Shown here one piece after another: positions 63,978 through 64,000 of a DNA stretch of 64,000 nucleotides. The position numbers and the translations under genes were made by a program. Under the pieces are notes generated by a model that worked only from the letters and a program-made list of their open reading frames with translations, had not been told where the DNA came from and did not search any database. The DNA comes from a virus. The DNA lies in IMG/VR virus record IMGVR_UViG_3300017917_002765, positions 1 through 64,000 of that record. One strand, 5' to 3'. Numbering within the stretch: position 1 is the first letter of the stretch; each line of letters begins with the position of its first letter.

Positions 63978-64000
63978 ATGCTTTATGGCGTAGTCTCTAA

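Noticed and set aside
1-64000. Bacterial chromosome origin for the window
   Set aside because: Housekeeping-like genes are isolated among phage-type hypotheticals, T4-like ligases, many homing endonucleases and atypical tRNA arrays. No structural genes are in view, so phage origin remains an inference.

Overview
AT-rich, gene-dense segment, almost all on the - strand, most consistent with a very large (jumbo/huge) phage infecting Bacteroidota. The evidence is recurrent TAnnTTTG promoter elements, T9SS-type genes, phage ligases and homing endonucleases, and no rRNA or ribosomal-protein operons. Contents: (i) an integron-like cassette array (about 93-4979) of small ORFs bounded by attC-like imperfect inverted repeats; (ii) translation and RNA quality-control genes (sigma-70, SmpB, tmRNA, RNase R, IF3, a PTH2-like protein, ClpP) plus RNA-repair, nucleotide-metabolism and ADP-ribosyltransferase-like genes; (iii) a Rnl1-type RNA ligase fractured by a naturally split intein around a free-standing endonuclease, and several other genes broken by homing endonucleases; (iv) about 40 tRNA or tRNA-like genes, many structurally atypical, and several unexplained structured RNAs. 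The headline observation is that four tRNA operons are each preceded by an unannotated short leader ORF, an antiterminator and an intrinsic terminator. The control codons of each leader match the amino acids of the tRNAs downstream (K/T/Y/G/Q/P; F/E/D/A; L/V/C; R/N/I/H/S/M/W), and the four sets partition all 20 amino acids without overlap. This looks like a phage-encoded, ribosome-mediated attenuation system that senses shortage of charged tRNA and switches on the matching tRNA genes. All calls were made by eye, without database searches or folding software.
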